The position numbers and the translations under genes were made by a program. 38,406 nucleotides of DNA from a virus, in the UHGV virus genome UHGV-0237655. One strand, given 5' to 3'. Shown here piece after piece: positions 10,701 through 18,545 of this stretch. The notes below the pieces were generated by a model. It was not told the DNA's origin. It did not search any database and saw only the letters and a program-made list of their open reading frames with translations. The number at the start of each line of letters is the position of its first letter. Position 1 is the stretch's first letter.

Positions 10701-10818
10701 ACAAATATTCGGAACAGGCAGGTACATAATAAAAGAAAACGGCGCAATAGCTATAGATGTGGAGAATGAGTCGTACCTAGAAAGGATGCTAACAACAACT
10801 TGGATAACGGAAAACTAA
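7771..10818 (+). CDS. tail-associated lysin-like protein (Tal, prophage tail endopeptidase family N-terminus) with collagen-like tracts
   Basis: GTG start overlaps the Dit stop. 1015 aa. G-X-Y repeats at 9208-9372, 9523-9588 and 9738-9791. Duplicated Y(F/L)HIKYS...TYIGT(Y/C)VD modules. Confidence 0.7.
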   Translation: MDNIRIAILSANNTPVAFMDNQHKKSMHYWDDELHEYLQGTANTYTFTVSAKHQDAENVTAGNKVAFIHKGKSYYLNIVNTEQTEETITATAWSLSFELINEDAGEYKAGQAMSFAEYLTVFDAERTLKLGLNEVSDKRITNEWTGTTSILKRLFSLANVFSAEIEFETVLNKDYSLKEIVLNVYREHSDTNSGVGEYRNDIVLRYGKGITGIRKTTDAESLYTCIYPTGKDGLTINGLDKKEYDASGRLEYFTDGALIRAPQARDRFPSNIVNKDDAYIMLRKEYDTDSKDKLYSMALSDLKTASEPVVTYEVDGYFDTNIGDTVRMQDQEWTPVLYLQARVSEQVRSLTNPKTAKTVFSNYKELTSEISDDLIKRMEDLISKNKVYTCSISTNNGVIFKNGVGSTTLTAYAYNNGVDVSSNLQFRWSKDGQEFYAGRSVTVNAEDVDAKAVYSFVATENGIRRGYYEVTIADVMDGEHGSQGEKGEQGEQGPPGPQGAPGLDGIQGPKGDQGIPGPQGNTGATGPQGPAGQSTYFHIKYSSVANPTLSSQMTETPSTYIGTYVDSAQADSTDPKKYTWSRFQGLQGPQGTQGIPGTNGTNGKTSYLHIKYSNDGGKTFTGNSGEDVGTYIGTCVDYNQSDPASVRSYKWAKIKGENGQDGQDGADGQDGVGIKSITKYYLASEKNTGITTSSSGWTTTMQTMTETKKYLWSYDKIYYTNGKTVNTTPVIIGVHGQNGSDGTSGIIVSPTPPENPKVGQLWQTASGEPIKRWDGSRWVLHYVSVENLDVQTLSAITANLGSINAGKIESNNGNMLIDANSGKIVSKLIDNGVVDSTMELNSASLAFSGKDSGGNPANMTFSMQGLTYINRNTGGRSKLVLSDGDIYAQNGNNPLIGLSSYSKYDSGIKQGPFPEINPSNSIRIKLIRTAFVVTCTIIMKAQFPWKGRIEEIQEVRIPDGYRPAIEVLAPISEVSNGQIFGTGRYIIKENGAIAIDVENESYLERMLTTTWITEN
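9208..9372 (+). repeat. collagen-like G-X-Y coding repeat inside Tal
   Basis: About 55 consecutive Gly-X-Y triplets. Confidence 0.7.
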
Positions 10819-10844
10819 GCTGAATTGAGCAAAGGAGGCATACA

Positions 10845-13670
10845 TTGGAAAATAAAATAGTAACAGCAATTTTTAAAGATTCCACCCACACCAAAGTAAG
10901 TGACGTTTGGCAATATGATTACGGACAGATATTAAGGATACAAGGACTTAACTTGCCAACAGCTGTGGAAGTGGATTTTGCAGTTGCAGGAGCGAGTGAA
11001 TCCATTGCGAGAATTGGAACAACAAAGGACGGCGTGACGGATGTTGTTATACCAGACTCACTAATCGAGACCGGTAACAACCTTGTAGCCTATATATATC
11101 TTAGAGATTCAGCGTCCGGCAACACGGAGTACCAGATTGACATGCTCGTAACCAAGCGGGCAAAGCCGGAAGCCTACGATAGGCCGGAAGATAAAAAATT
11201 GTTTGGCCAAGCTATCGAAGCGGTTAATACCGCCGCAGACCGGGCAGAGAAAGCCGGACAAACTGCCACGGAAGCGGCAGGACAGGCGGCGGAAGATGCA
11301 CAGCAGACGGCGGAAGACCGGAAAGAAGTCGAGAAGATGGTAGAGACCGTATCGGACATTTCAGAGCAGGTCAAAAAGGTAGAGCAGTTGAGTCAGCAAG
11401 CCCAAGAAGCAGCAACGAAAACAGAAGCAGACGCACAGCAGACCGCAGAAGATCGTGTGGAAGTCGGTAAGATGTTGGAAACCGTCAAGGACGTGTCCGA
11501 ACAGGTGAAGAGCGTGGAAGAATCCGTCCAAAAAGCGAAGGAATCCGAACAGGCTGCGGCAGAACACCGGACTGCCGTGGAAGAAATGAAGAACAGTGTC
11601 GAGCAGACGGCAAGCACATTTCCGCAGACAGTACAGGAAGGCGTGCAGGCAATCGAAAATGCCGGAACAGCAGAAGTACAGGAAATCACCCAAGCTGGAA
11701 CAGCCCAGAAAACAGCCGTAGAAGCCGCAGGGACGCAAGCAGTTGAGAGCGTGGAGAATGTGCAACAGGTAGCCACAGAAGCCGTGGAAACAGCGAAAAC
11801 CGAAGCCGTACAGGCAGTACAGGCAGAGGGAGTGAAGCAGACTGGAAATGTGACCGCAGAGGGAACAAAACAGGTTAAAGCTGTACAAGATAAGGGGACA
11901 GAGGTATTGCAGTCCATACCCGAAGATTTTACAACGCAGATGGAGACTAAGCTGGATAAACAGCAGGGAGTGGAGAATGCAGGGAAAGCACTGGTAATAG
12001 GGGAAGATGGAAATGTAGTGGTCGGAGAAGTTCAAGGCAATGGAAGTTCGGTTGAGTTTGATAGCACTCTTACGCAATCTGGTAAGGCAGCGGATGCTAA
12101 AGTTGTCGGTGACAATATAACTACTTTAAAGAGAGATTTAAATACAGTCGAAAATGAAATCGAAACATCTGGTCTATTAAAATACAAAAAAGTTGATATT
12201 ACAGGCACTTTTGAATATGTGGATGGATATTACAACATAAATAACGGCGTACTAACTTCTTCAAATCTTAAGTCCACAACTAAAATTCCTTGCAAAAAAG
12301 GCGATAGATTTGTTATTGAAAAAGCTAATCAACAAGCGCTTACCTGTGTTTTAGCTATATGGGATAAAGATGGGATATTTATAAAAGGTGGCAATGGTTA
12401 TGGGTCTGGTGAAATAAATATTACATCTTTCCCATTCGAATATACCTGTGAAGAAAATGAAGCTTTTATTGCCTTTGGTTATACTCCTCTTAAAATTTAT
12501 AAATATATTCAAAGTTCTTTCGAGGAAAACTTGCTTCAAAGTGTAGACAAAACAATGCAAACAGTAACATTGGAAATCTATAACACCAAAAAAGGCAAAA
12601 GCATTCTCGACGCGCTAAGCATTGAAAATAAATATCTAACGCAAACTGGTTCTTTTGCAAGTTATAATACCGCTAGAGGCACATCCATTGAATGTAAAAG
12701 CGGGGAGATATACTATATCACAGGATATGGTGGTAATTTGTCTAGAGTTCTTGGAGCAGTTCATAATAATAGGGATTTCGAAGTAGTGTTGGGCGTAGGA
12801 ACATTTGTAGATTACGTATATGTTGTTCCGGAAGATGTAACCGAACTACGATACTCCACAATAAATGCTGATGTTTTAGATATTGCTAAAGGTGAGATTA
12901 ATACGTCGGATAGTAAAATAAAAAAAATAGAGACAGATTTAGCGGATTTGAAGGCGAATAAAGGTTTTGCGTTTAAGGATAAAATTGGTTTTGCGTTTGG
13001 CGACAGCATGACTTATGGATATAGCGGTGGTTTTATCAAACATATAGAGAATAAGACTGGTGCAACGATTACCAATTATGGTCATCCTGGTGACGGTGTA
13101 AAAAACATGCTTGGGATTATTTCTAATGGGAAATATGGCAGTGTAAACCACAATCACAACGAGCCTACATTATGCGATGATTATTCTAATTGCTCATTTG
13201 TTACCATTATGATTGGTACCAATGGCGGTATAAACGCAAATTGGAGAGATGATTTTTCTAATCTCCCAAGCTTGGTATATGATCAAAACATGAGTCATTT
13301 GCCATTCGTAAAAGATGAAGTGACAATATCCACAATAGATGATTATTACAGATTATTCGCGGATAATCATGCATCTTATTTAGCTTTTACCATTGAATAT
13401 TTGAAGTACAAAAATCCTAATATGTTTATCTTCTTGGTGACACCACCGCCTAGAAAAGGCGATGACATGATAGAGTTTAGAGAATTTTTAATTACTTTAG
13501 GTAAACGATATGGTGTGCCAGTAATTGACGCAATAGCAAATAGTGGCGTAGATTTGTCTACATTCTCTGATTATTCGGTTGACGGTACGCATTTTAATGC
13601 GCGAGGCAATACCAAATGGGGTAATTATATCGGACATCGGATAAACGAATACGGGCAGATATATTTATGA
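10845..13670 (+). CDS. tail fibre / receptor-binding protein with C-terminal SGNH (GDSL) hydrolase domain
   Basis: TTG start 6 nt after AAAGGAGG. BppU-like N-terminus, then tandem coiled-coil repeats. C-terminal SGNH blocks: FGDSMTYGYSGG (Ser), GDGVKNMLG, IGTNGG (Asn), DGTHFNARGN (Asp/His). Confidence 0.65.
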   Translation: MENKIVTAIFKDSTHTKVSDVWQYDYGQILRIQGLNLPTAVEVDFAVAGASESIARIGTTKDGVTDVVIPDSLIETGNNLVAYIYLRDSASGNTEYQIDMLVTKRAKPEAYDRPEDKKLFGQAIEAVNTAADRAEKAGQTATEAAGQAAEDAQQTAEDRKEVEKMVETVSDISEQVKKVEQLSQQAQEAATKTEADAQQTAEDRVEVGKMLETVKDVSEQVKSVEESVQKAKESEQAAAEHRTAVEEMKNSVEQTASTFPQTVQEGVQAIENAGTAEVQEITQAGTAQKTAVEAAGTQAVESVENVQQVATEAVETAKTEAVQAVQAEGVKQTGNVTAEGTKQVKAVQDKGTEVLQSIPEDFTTQMETKLDKQQGVENAGKALVIGEDGNVVVGEVQGNGSSVEFDSTLTQSGKAADAKVVGDNITTLKRDLNTVENEIETSGLLKYKKVDITGTFEYVDGYYNINNGVLTSSNLKSTTKIPCKKGDRFVIEKANQQALTCVLAIWDKDGIFIKGGNGYGSGEINITSFPFEYTCEENEAFIAFGYTPLKIYKYIQSSFEENLLQSVDKTMQTVTLEIYNTKKGKSILDALSIENKYLTQTGSFASYNTARGTSIECKSGEIYYITGYGGNLSRVLGAVHNNRDFEVVLGVGTFVDYVYVVPEDVTELRYSTINADVLDIAKGEINTSDSKIKKIETDLADLKANKGFAFKDKIGFAFGDSMTYGYSGGFIKHIENKTGATITNYGHPGDGVKNMLGIISNGKYGSVNHNHNEPTLCDDYSNCSFVTIMIGTNGGINANWRDDFSNLPSLVYDQNMSHLPFVKDEVTISTIDDYYRLFADNHASYLAFTIEYLKYKNPNMFIFLVTPPPRKGDDMIEFREFLITLGKRYGVPVIDAIANSGVDLSTFSDYSVDGTHFNARGNTKWGNYIGHRINEYGQIYL
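11263..11560 (+). repeat. tandem ~43-codon coiled-coil repeats in the tail fibre gene
   Basis: A(E/D)AQQTAEDR(K/V)EV(E/G)KM(V/L)ETV(S/K)D(I/V)SEQVK(K/S)VE... occurs twice in tandem. Confidence 0.6.
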
Positions 13671-13849
13671 ATTTAACTAAAGTAGGTGGCCTTAACACTA
13701 ATCATTGGTATCCAGAATGGCATCCTTTTGAGGTTATAGATGCGGAAATCAGAACCGGAAGTGACAGAATAGAAAGGCAGTGATCCGTTTATCTCCCAGC
13801 TATGGGTTAAATAGCGGTTGGGTGGAGGGAAGAAAAGACGGAGGTAGAA

Positions 13850-14131
13850 ATGACAGAAAAAGACATTGAAGTAAAAATTGCAGAACAGGGAAAGGAAATC
13901 GGCTCATTAAAGCACCGAATGAATGAGGTGGAAGATGTAGTCAATGTAGTGCACCAACTGGCACAGGAAATGGTGGGGCTCACCAAAGAGGTCGGCTTTA
14001 TGAACCAGACACTGGTGCAGTTAACTGCAAAAGTGACGCATCTGGAGCAGACACCAGCTAAGAGATGGGATGGGGTCGTGACAACACTGATCGGAGCCGT
14101 GATCGGGGCTGTAGTAGCAATGTATTTGTAA
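13850..14131 (+). CDS. XhlA-like holin-associated membrane protein
   Basis: 93 aa: coiled-coil N-terminus with a single C-terminal TM (VTTLIGAVIGAVVAMYL), the PBSX XhlA layout. Strong GGAGG RBS. First gene of the lysis cassette. Confidence 0.6.
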   Translation: MTEKDIEVKIAEQGKEIGSLKHRMNEVEDVVNVVHQLAQEMVGLTKEVGFMNQTLVQLTAKVTHLEQTPAKRWDGVVTTLIGAVIGAVVAMYL

Positions 14132-14146
14132 AAAGGAGAATGAAAA

Positions 14147-14395
14147 ATGAAGAAGATTAACTGGATTGTAAGAATTAAAAACAAGGCATTCTGGGTAGCA
14201 CTGATCCCGGCACTCTTGCTGTTGATACAGGCAATTGCGGCAGTGTTTGGTCTTACCATCGACCTTGGAGACCTTGGAGATAAGTTATTGACTGTAATCA
14301 ATGCGCTCTTTGCAGTACTGGCAATCCTTGGTGTAGTGGTAGACCCAACAACACCGGGAACAGGAGATTCAGATCGGGCGCTTACATATAAATAG
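14147..14395 (+). CDS. holin (LL-H / phage_holin_4_1-like)
   Basis: 82 aa with two TM segments and the characteristic C-terminal VVDPTTPGTGDSDRALTY motif. Confidence 0.7.
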   Translation: MKKINWIVRIKNKAFWVALIPALLLLIQAIAAVFGLTIDLGDLGDKLLTVINALFAVLAILGVVVDPTTPGTGDSDRALTYK

Positions 14396-14401
14396 ATTCT
14401 G

Positions 14402-14430
14402 GAGAGCTTGGAAACAGGCTCTCTTTTATT
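14402..14430 (+). terminator. intrinsic terminator between holin and endolysin genes
   Basis: Stem GAGAGC/GCTCTC with a 10-nt loop, followed by TTTTATTAT. Confidence 0.45.
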
Positions 14431-14448
14431 ATGCAAGGAGGTGAGAAC

Positions 14449-14538
14449 ATGAGCGAACAGAACGAATTTGGCAGAGTATCCGCAGAGGAACTGGAAAAGG
14501 TATTTGAGACAGAAGAACAGGAGGAAGAGAAAGAATGA
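14449..14538 (+). CDS. 29-aa acidic mini-ORF coupled to the endolysin start
   Basis: AAGGAGGTGAGAAC then ATG. Encodes MSEQNEFGRVSAEELEKVFETEEQEEEKE. Its TGA overlaps the amidase ATG (ATGA). Confidence 0.3.
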   Translation: MSEQNEFGRVSAEELEKVFETEEQEEEKE

Positions 14539-15338
14539 AAATTGGCTTAAGGGGAGGACACTCCCCAAATTGTAAAGGTGCAATCGGTCTGATCGATGAG
14601 CAGGCAGAAGTGCGGAAGATCTACAATGAGCTTGTACCAATGCTACAGGCAGTCGGTCATACTGTGGTTGATTGTAATTCCAACGCATCCAATGCGTCTG
14701 GTGAACTGTCTGACGGCACAAATAAGGCGAATAGTGCCGGGTGCGATATTTACGTAACTTTGCACATGAATGCGGCAGGAGCGGCGTCAGCTGGCGGCAC
14801 AGAGGTGTGGTTATATGATGCATCCAATCCGACTATGAACATGATTGCAAGTAACATCTGCAAGAATTTTGAAGAAAAAGGATTTGTTAACCGCGGTGTT
14901 AAATATAGTTCCGGCTATCATGATCTGAATGCATCCAATATGCCCGGTATGATTGTGGAGACATTATTCTGCACCGGAACAGATGATGTAGCCAGATACC
15001 GGAGCTTAGGAGCAAAGGGAGTTGCAGAACTGATCGCAAAGGCGATCGACAGCAAAGCATCAACAGGAAGTGGACAGGGAAATAATCAGAATACAGGAGA
15101 TCAGGAAGGAGAAGAGACTATGCAGTGCATGTTTACAGTAGAAGGAAAAGGATGTGTTTATTGGATGCATGATGGAGTGGTTACAGCTTTAGCACACCCT
15201 GACGAGTTAAAAATCATTCAGCAAATTTATAAGGATAACTATGGACATGATATGCCATGTTACAGTTGGAGCAAGCCAGCGCCATGGCATATTAGGCTGA
15301 TGGAACCATTATATCGTGAACCCGTAAAATCTATTTAA
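14535..15338 (+). CDS. N-acetylmuramoyl-L-alanine amidase endolysin (Amidase_3 type) with C-terminal wall-binding-like region
   Basis: N-terminus MKIGLRGGHSPNCKGAIGLIDE...YVTLHMNA is typical of MurNAc-LAA catalytic domains. Directly follows the holin. Confidence 0.8.
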   Translation: MKIGLRGGHSPNCKGAIGLIDEQAEVRKIYNELVPMLQAVGHTVVDCNSNASNASGELSDGTNKANSAGCDIYVTLHMNAAGAASAGGTEVWLYDASNPTMNMIASNICKNFEEKGFVNRGVKYSSGYHDLNASNMPGMIVETLFCTGTDDVARYRSLGAKGVAELIAKAIDSKASTGSGQGNNQNTGDQEGEETMQCMFTVEGKGCVYWMHDGVVTALAHPDELKIIQQIYKDNYGHDMPCYSWSKPAPWHIRLMEPLYREPVKSI

Positions 15339-15349
15339 TAAAAATCCCC

Positions 15350-15378
15350 TCAGAGAGCTGATCTCCGAGGGGTGAATA
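15350..15378 (+). terminator. terminator after the endolysin gene
   Basis: CCCCTCAGAG...CTCCGAGGGG imperfect 10-bp stem, immediately after the endolysin stop. Confidence 0.4.
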
Positions 15379-15430
15379 TTGTATCATTTTCGTGTATATT
15401 TATAATATGTAAAAATATTATAGGTTACTG

Positions 15431-15504
15431 CTATATGGCGGCCCGGACGGGGAGCTCGCTGCATCGATGCGGTATTTATCTCAGCGGTACACCATGCCAT
15501 ATAA
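15431..15504. other. candidate attP region for the serine integrase
   Basis: 9-bp inverted arms CTATATGGC / GCCATATAA flank a GC-rich core (GGCGGCCCGGACGGGGAGCTCGCTGCATCGATGCGG) in otherwise AT-rich intergenic DNA. Located between endolysin and int, the canonical position. Confidence 0.35.
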
Positions 15505-15578
15505 AGAGGTGACAGCAACACTTACGGATATCGGCACGGAGGAATACGCTCGTAGAAGATGCAACTAATAAATATGCT

Positions 15579-15609
15579 CCGAAAGCACCGTCATTTCGGC
15601 ACTTTCGGG
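15579..15609 (-). terminator. hairpin at the integrase 3' end
   Basis: CCGAAAG / CTTTCGG stem spans the int stop codon. Followed on the minus strand by U-rich AGCAUAUUUAUUAG. Confidence 0.35.
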
Positions 15610-17123
15610 TACACATCGATTGTGAATTCAGAGTTTTTCTGGTTTTTCTTATTTCGTTTCGTCTTAGTCAGAACAATCCTGTCAATCAGCTGTCTCAAGG
15701 CGCTGTTCTTTTCCGAGACAGTCAGAGAGTCCCACTCACTCAATAAATTCTTGCACTTCGGCACAAAATTTTTCCGGTTTGCCTGCCTTGCGATTGTGGT
15801 ATGCAAATCTTCACGGGCAGCAGTGATGTTATTCATGCAGTCTCTGATCCGCTGCTCCAGAGCATTGGACCGTTCAAGGAAAATTTCTTTCGTGTAAATT
15901 CCCTGCTCTAAAAAATCGAATAAGGATTCTCGCTGTTTTAAAAGAGTCTGATGCTCTGTTTCAAAATTCGTGACGATCATTTCTTTTGCAGCAATGGCAG
16001 CAGCGTCTTCCTCATGAGTGTCGGTAAATTCATACTTAACGATGTAGTCTTTCAGCCATTCAAGCAGAGCTTCTTCCAGTTCATCAATCCGGATCCCGAC
16101 TGTGGAGCACTCTGTATACTGACAGATCAGCATATCATAGGGCGTTTTCGTTTGCGCTTTCTTACGGACCATAAGCCGATCGCATTGTGAGCATCTGACC
16201 AGACCTGCAAATAGATTTTGTATCGGTCTGTCGTTTCTGACTGGAGCAGAAAAACATCCTTTTGGTTGGTTCGCGCGTTTAAATAAGTCTGGGCTGATCC
16301 GTGGAGCCCATGCCGCATCTGAGAGGATGTAATCTGTGGCTTTTGGACGGGACTTTACTACGCGCCCATCTTTTACAGCTCTGACAGTCTTACGATGCCC
16401 CCAGCGGACTTTACCGATGTTTGCCGGATTCGAGATAATCCCTTTTAAAGTGGATGGAGTAAAAGGTTTGCCACTCCTTGCAAGGATTCCCATATTGGAC
16501 ATATAGGTACAGGCTTTCTGGTATCCGTACTGCTTATTTCCGCACAGATCATACATTAGATCAAGGACGGGTGCTTCTGTCTGATGTGGGGCGAGAGAGT
16601 AGTGTTTTCCATCCGGCGCAATGACGCGCTCCCATCCATAAGGGGCAACATTACCAACGTAATATCCGTCAGAACTGGAACGTTCCCTGCCACGCTGCAT
16701 TCGGCGCTTGATTGTGGCGTACTCCCGGCGGCTCATAAATAAACTGAACTCAAAGTACTCATTATCATACTCGTTTGCAGGATCGTAGGTTTTATTCGGT
16801 GTTACAATCCGGGTGTTGGAATAGAAAAATGCACGCTGCACACGCCCCTGATCGATCGTATCACCTCTGGCCAGACGATCTACGTCCATTACGAGGGCAC
16901 CATCCCACATACAGGCTTCCACCTCGGATAGGACTTGCGTCATGACTGGGCGGGCATCGATACTGTCTCCGGACACAACTTCCCGGTAAATCGCACCGAT
17001 CGGAAGAGAGAGAGTCTTTGCCAACTCTAACAGGGTAGTAATGTGGCGTTCCAGAACATCAATCCCTAGCGCTTCCAGTTCGGCGTCTTTTCTGGATTTT
17101 CTGGCGTAGATAAAATAAGACAT
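15591..17123 (-). CDS. int: large serine recombinase (integrase)
   Basis: 510 aa. N-terminal IYARKSRKD with catalytic-Ser motif Y-x-R-x-S, resolvase and recombinase domains, C-terminal zinc ribbon CSQCDRL...CQYTEC. AGGAG RBS. Confidence 0.85.
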   Translation of the reverse strand: MSYFIYARKSRKDAELEALGIDVLERHITTLLELAKTLSLPIGAIYREVVSGDSIDARPVMTQVLSEVEACMWDGALVMDVDRLARGDTIDQGRVQRAFFYSNTRIVTPNKTYDPANEYDNEYFEFSLFMSRREYATIKRRMQRGRERSSSDGYYVGNVAPYGWERVIAPDGKHYSLAPHQTEAPVLDLMYDLCGNKQYGYQKACTYMSNMGILARSGKPFTPSTLKGIISNPANIGKVRWGHRKTVRAVKDGRVVKSRPKATDYILSDAAWAPRISPDLFKRANQPKGCFSAPVRNDRPIQNLFAGLVRCSQCDRLMVRKKAQTKTPYDMLICQYTECSTVGIRIDELEEALLEWLKDYIVKYEFTDTHEEDAAAIAAKEMIVTNFETEHQTLLKQRESLFDFLEQGIYTKEIFLERSNALEQRIRDCMNNITAAREDLHTTIARQANRKNFVPKCKNLLSEWDSLTVSEKNSALRQLIDRIVLTKTKRNKKNQKNSEFTIDVYPKVPK

Positions 17124-17263
17124 TGTATCACACTCCTATGTTATTGTATTTAAATTTGGGTACAAAAATAACAGCCAGCGCAAAACATATGTTCCGCTTG
17201 CAAGCTGTTTCCGAAGATGATACAATATTCTTGGATTTTAATCGCATATCTTCGGATATGTAG

Positions 17264-17300
17264 ACCGTCTCAGTGCTGGTAACACTGGGGCGGTTTTTGT
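17264..17300 (+). terminator. plus-strand intrinsic terminator between lipoprotein and int genes
   Basis: 12-bp stem ACCGUCUCAGUG/CACUGGGGCGGU (two G-U pairs only on the plus-strand RNA), followed by TTTTTGTTTT. Confidence 0.4.
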
Positions 17301-17301
17301 T

Positions 17302-17901
17302 TTATTGCAATTTTATCTCCTGTTGTTGCGCGAATTTCTCTTCTCCTTCGTAAACAAGAGAATCAGTTATTCTGAATTTTACAGGACTCTCCGAATCTCT
17401 TAAATCAAACAGGAAGCCAACATTTAAAGTTGCTCCATCCATAATATCTAAAGTTGAATTTTTCAAAGACTCGTTTTTCTCAGAACCTCCCCACCCCTGC
17501 AATTCTACTCCATTTTGAAATGCCCTAGTAGAAAAAGCAGATGAAGAAGACATAGCGTTTGATGTTTTATTTGTGAAGTCGCAGTATACAACCAGTTGTT
17601 TTATTGGATTTCCTGCGTCATCGGTTGAATCTAATATTTCCAGTCCTGTGTATACTAAAGAGATGTCTTCGGTGTCTATATTGATAGAATCTACGATTTC
17701 GTACCCGTCCTCCATATTATCCGCTCCACCAGATGCTATCCATTCACTCTGTGACATGTTGCTATCATTTTCATTCAGCTCCTTTTCTGTAGCTTCTGTT
17801 TTCGCATTGTTCTCTTTTTTCAGTTCTTTATCTCCACCGCACGCTGTAATAGACAACGCCATAGTTCCAATCAATAACATTGTTACAATTTTCTTCTTCA
17901 T
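17302..17901 (-). CDS. secreted lipoprotein of the lysogeny module (candidate superinfection exclusion protein)
   Basis: Signal peptide with lipobox LSITAC, hydrophilic Ser/Asp-rich mature part. Sits between int and repressor and is co-oriented with int. Confidence 0.6.
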   Translation of the reverse strand: MKKKIVTMLLIGTMALSITACGGDKELKKENNAKTEATEKELNENDSNMSQSEWIASGGADNMEDGYEIVDSINIDTEDISLVYTGLEILDSTDDAGNPIKQLVVYCDFTNKTSNAMSSSSAFSTRAFQNGVELQGWGGSEKNESLKNSTLDIMDGATLNVGFLFDLRDSESPVKFRITDSLVYEGEEKFAQQQEIKLQ

Positions 17902-18030
17902 TTTTTCCTCTCTTTCCTCTGTACCTTTAACACCACTTTACTCTATATAAACGCCGAAGCGGTTATATCGTATTATTACCATTATTTACCTGTAGTTTCC
18001 AGCTCTGGAATATACTACAATAAAACCACT

Positions 18031-18228
18031 ATGAAAATACTACTCGATAAGATCATGCTTAAGAAAAATCTATCAGTCCGGCAAGTATCCATTCTTACTG
18101 GCGTGTCAAAATCAACCGTCAGTCGCATTGCAAACGGTGAAATATCACCGACAGCCGACACGCTTGAAATACTTGCCAAAGGATTAAAAGTCCGAATTTC
18201 TGACCTTATCGACTCTCCATATCAATAA
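18031..18228 (+). CDS. small XRE-family HTH protein
   Basis: 65 aa. LSVRQVSILTGVSKSTVSRIANGE is a classic HTH_3 motif. Confidence 0.55.
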   Translation: MKILLDKIMLKKNLSVRQVSILTGVSKSTVSRIANGEISPTADTLEILAKGLKVRISDLIDSPYQ

Positions 18229-18230
18229 GT

Positions 18231-18260
18231 GTCCCAGATCTGGGACGATGGTCCATTTTT
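18231..18260 (+). terminator. terminator after the small HTH gene
   Basis: 16-bp perfect palindrome GTCCCAGATCTGGGAC, then CCATTTTT. Confidence 0.4.
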
Positions 18261-18331
18261 GCGTTAGTTTCCCGAATTTTAACTGTTTACTTAATAGAGG
18301 GCAAAATATTGCCATAAAATAACAGAACAAA

Positions 18332-18397
18332 TGTTCGAACAAAATATTGATTTTTATTCACCGAAATAGTATTATGTATTCAGGGATTTCGAACATG
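18332..18397 (+). promoter_or_regulatory. sigma-70-like promoter (TTGATT-17-TATTAT) flanked by two TTCGAAC-containing palindromic sites
   Basis: -35 18347-18352, -10 18370-18375. TGTTCGAACA at 18332-18341 and TTCGAACATG at 18388-18397. Confidence 0.4.
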
Positions 18398-18423
18398 TGT
18401 TTTTGCAGTTAGGGGGATCGCGA

Positions 18424-18522
18424 ATGGACTACAAAAAACTTATTATTGAATTGGTTAGCAAGTCCAACAACATTGAGATGTTGGAACTTGTATACCGATT
18501 CTGCAAAAAACTTTTAGGCTAG
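18424..18522 (+). CDS. 32-aa small ORF
   Basis: AGGGGGA RBS 6 nt before ATG. Encodes MDYKKLIIELVSKSNNIEMLELVYRFCKKLLG. Ends inside the bidirectional terminator shared with the repressor gene. Confidence 0.3.
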   Translation: MDYKKLIIELVSKSNNIEMLELVYRFCKKLLG

Positions 18523-18545
18523 GGGAAACCCTAGTCTTTTTTAAT
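18508..18545. terminator. bidirectional terminator (CTAGGG-GAAA-CCCTAG) with flanking A and T runs
   Basis: 6-bp stem with a GNRA loop, then TCTTTTTT on the plus strand. On the minus strand it follows the repressor stop codon. Confidence 0.55.

Noticed and set aside
11174-12077. Minus-strand ORFs (66-238 aa) inside the tail-fibre repeat region
   Set aside because: Artefacts of the repetitive, codon-biased coiled-coil region. Cys/Leu/Phe-rich nonsense translations.
13807-14823. 338-aa minus-strand ORF
   Set aside because: Lies antisense to three well-supported plus-strand lysis genes (XhlA-like, holin, amidase). Low-complexity composition and no RBS; an antisense artefact.
15559-15897. 112-aa plus-strand ORF overlapping the int 3' end
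   Set aside because: Antisense to the integrase gene; no RBS.
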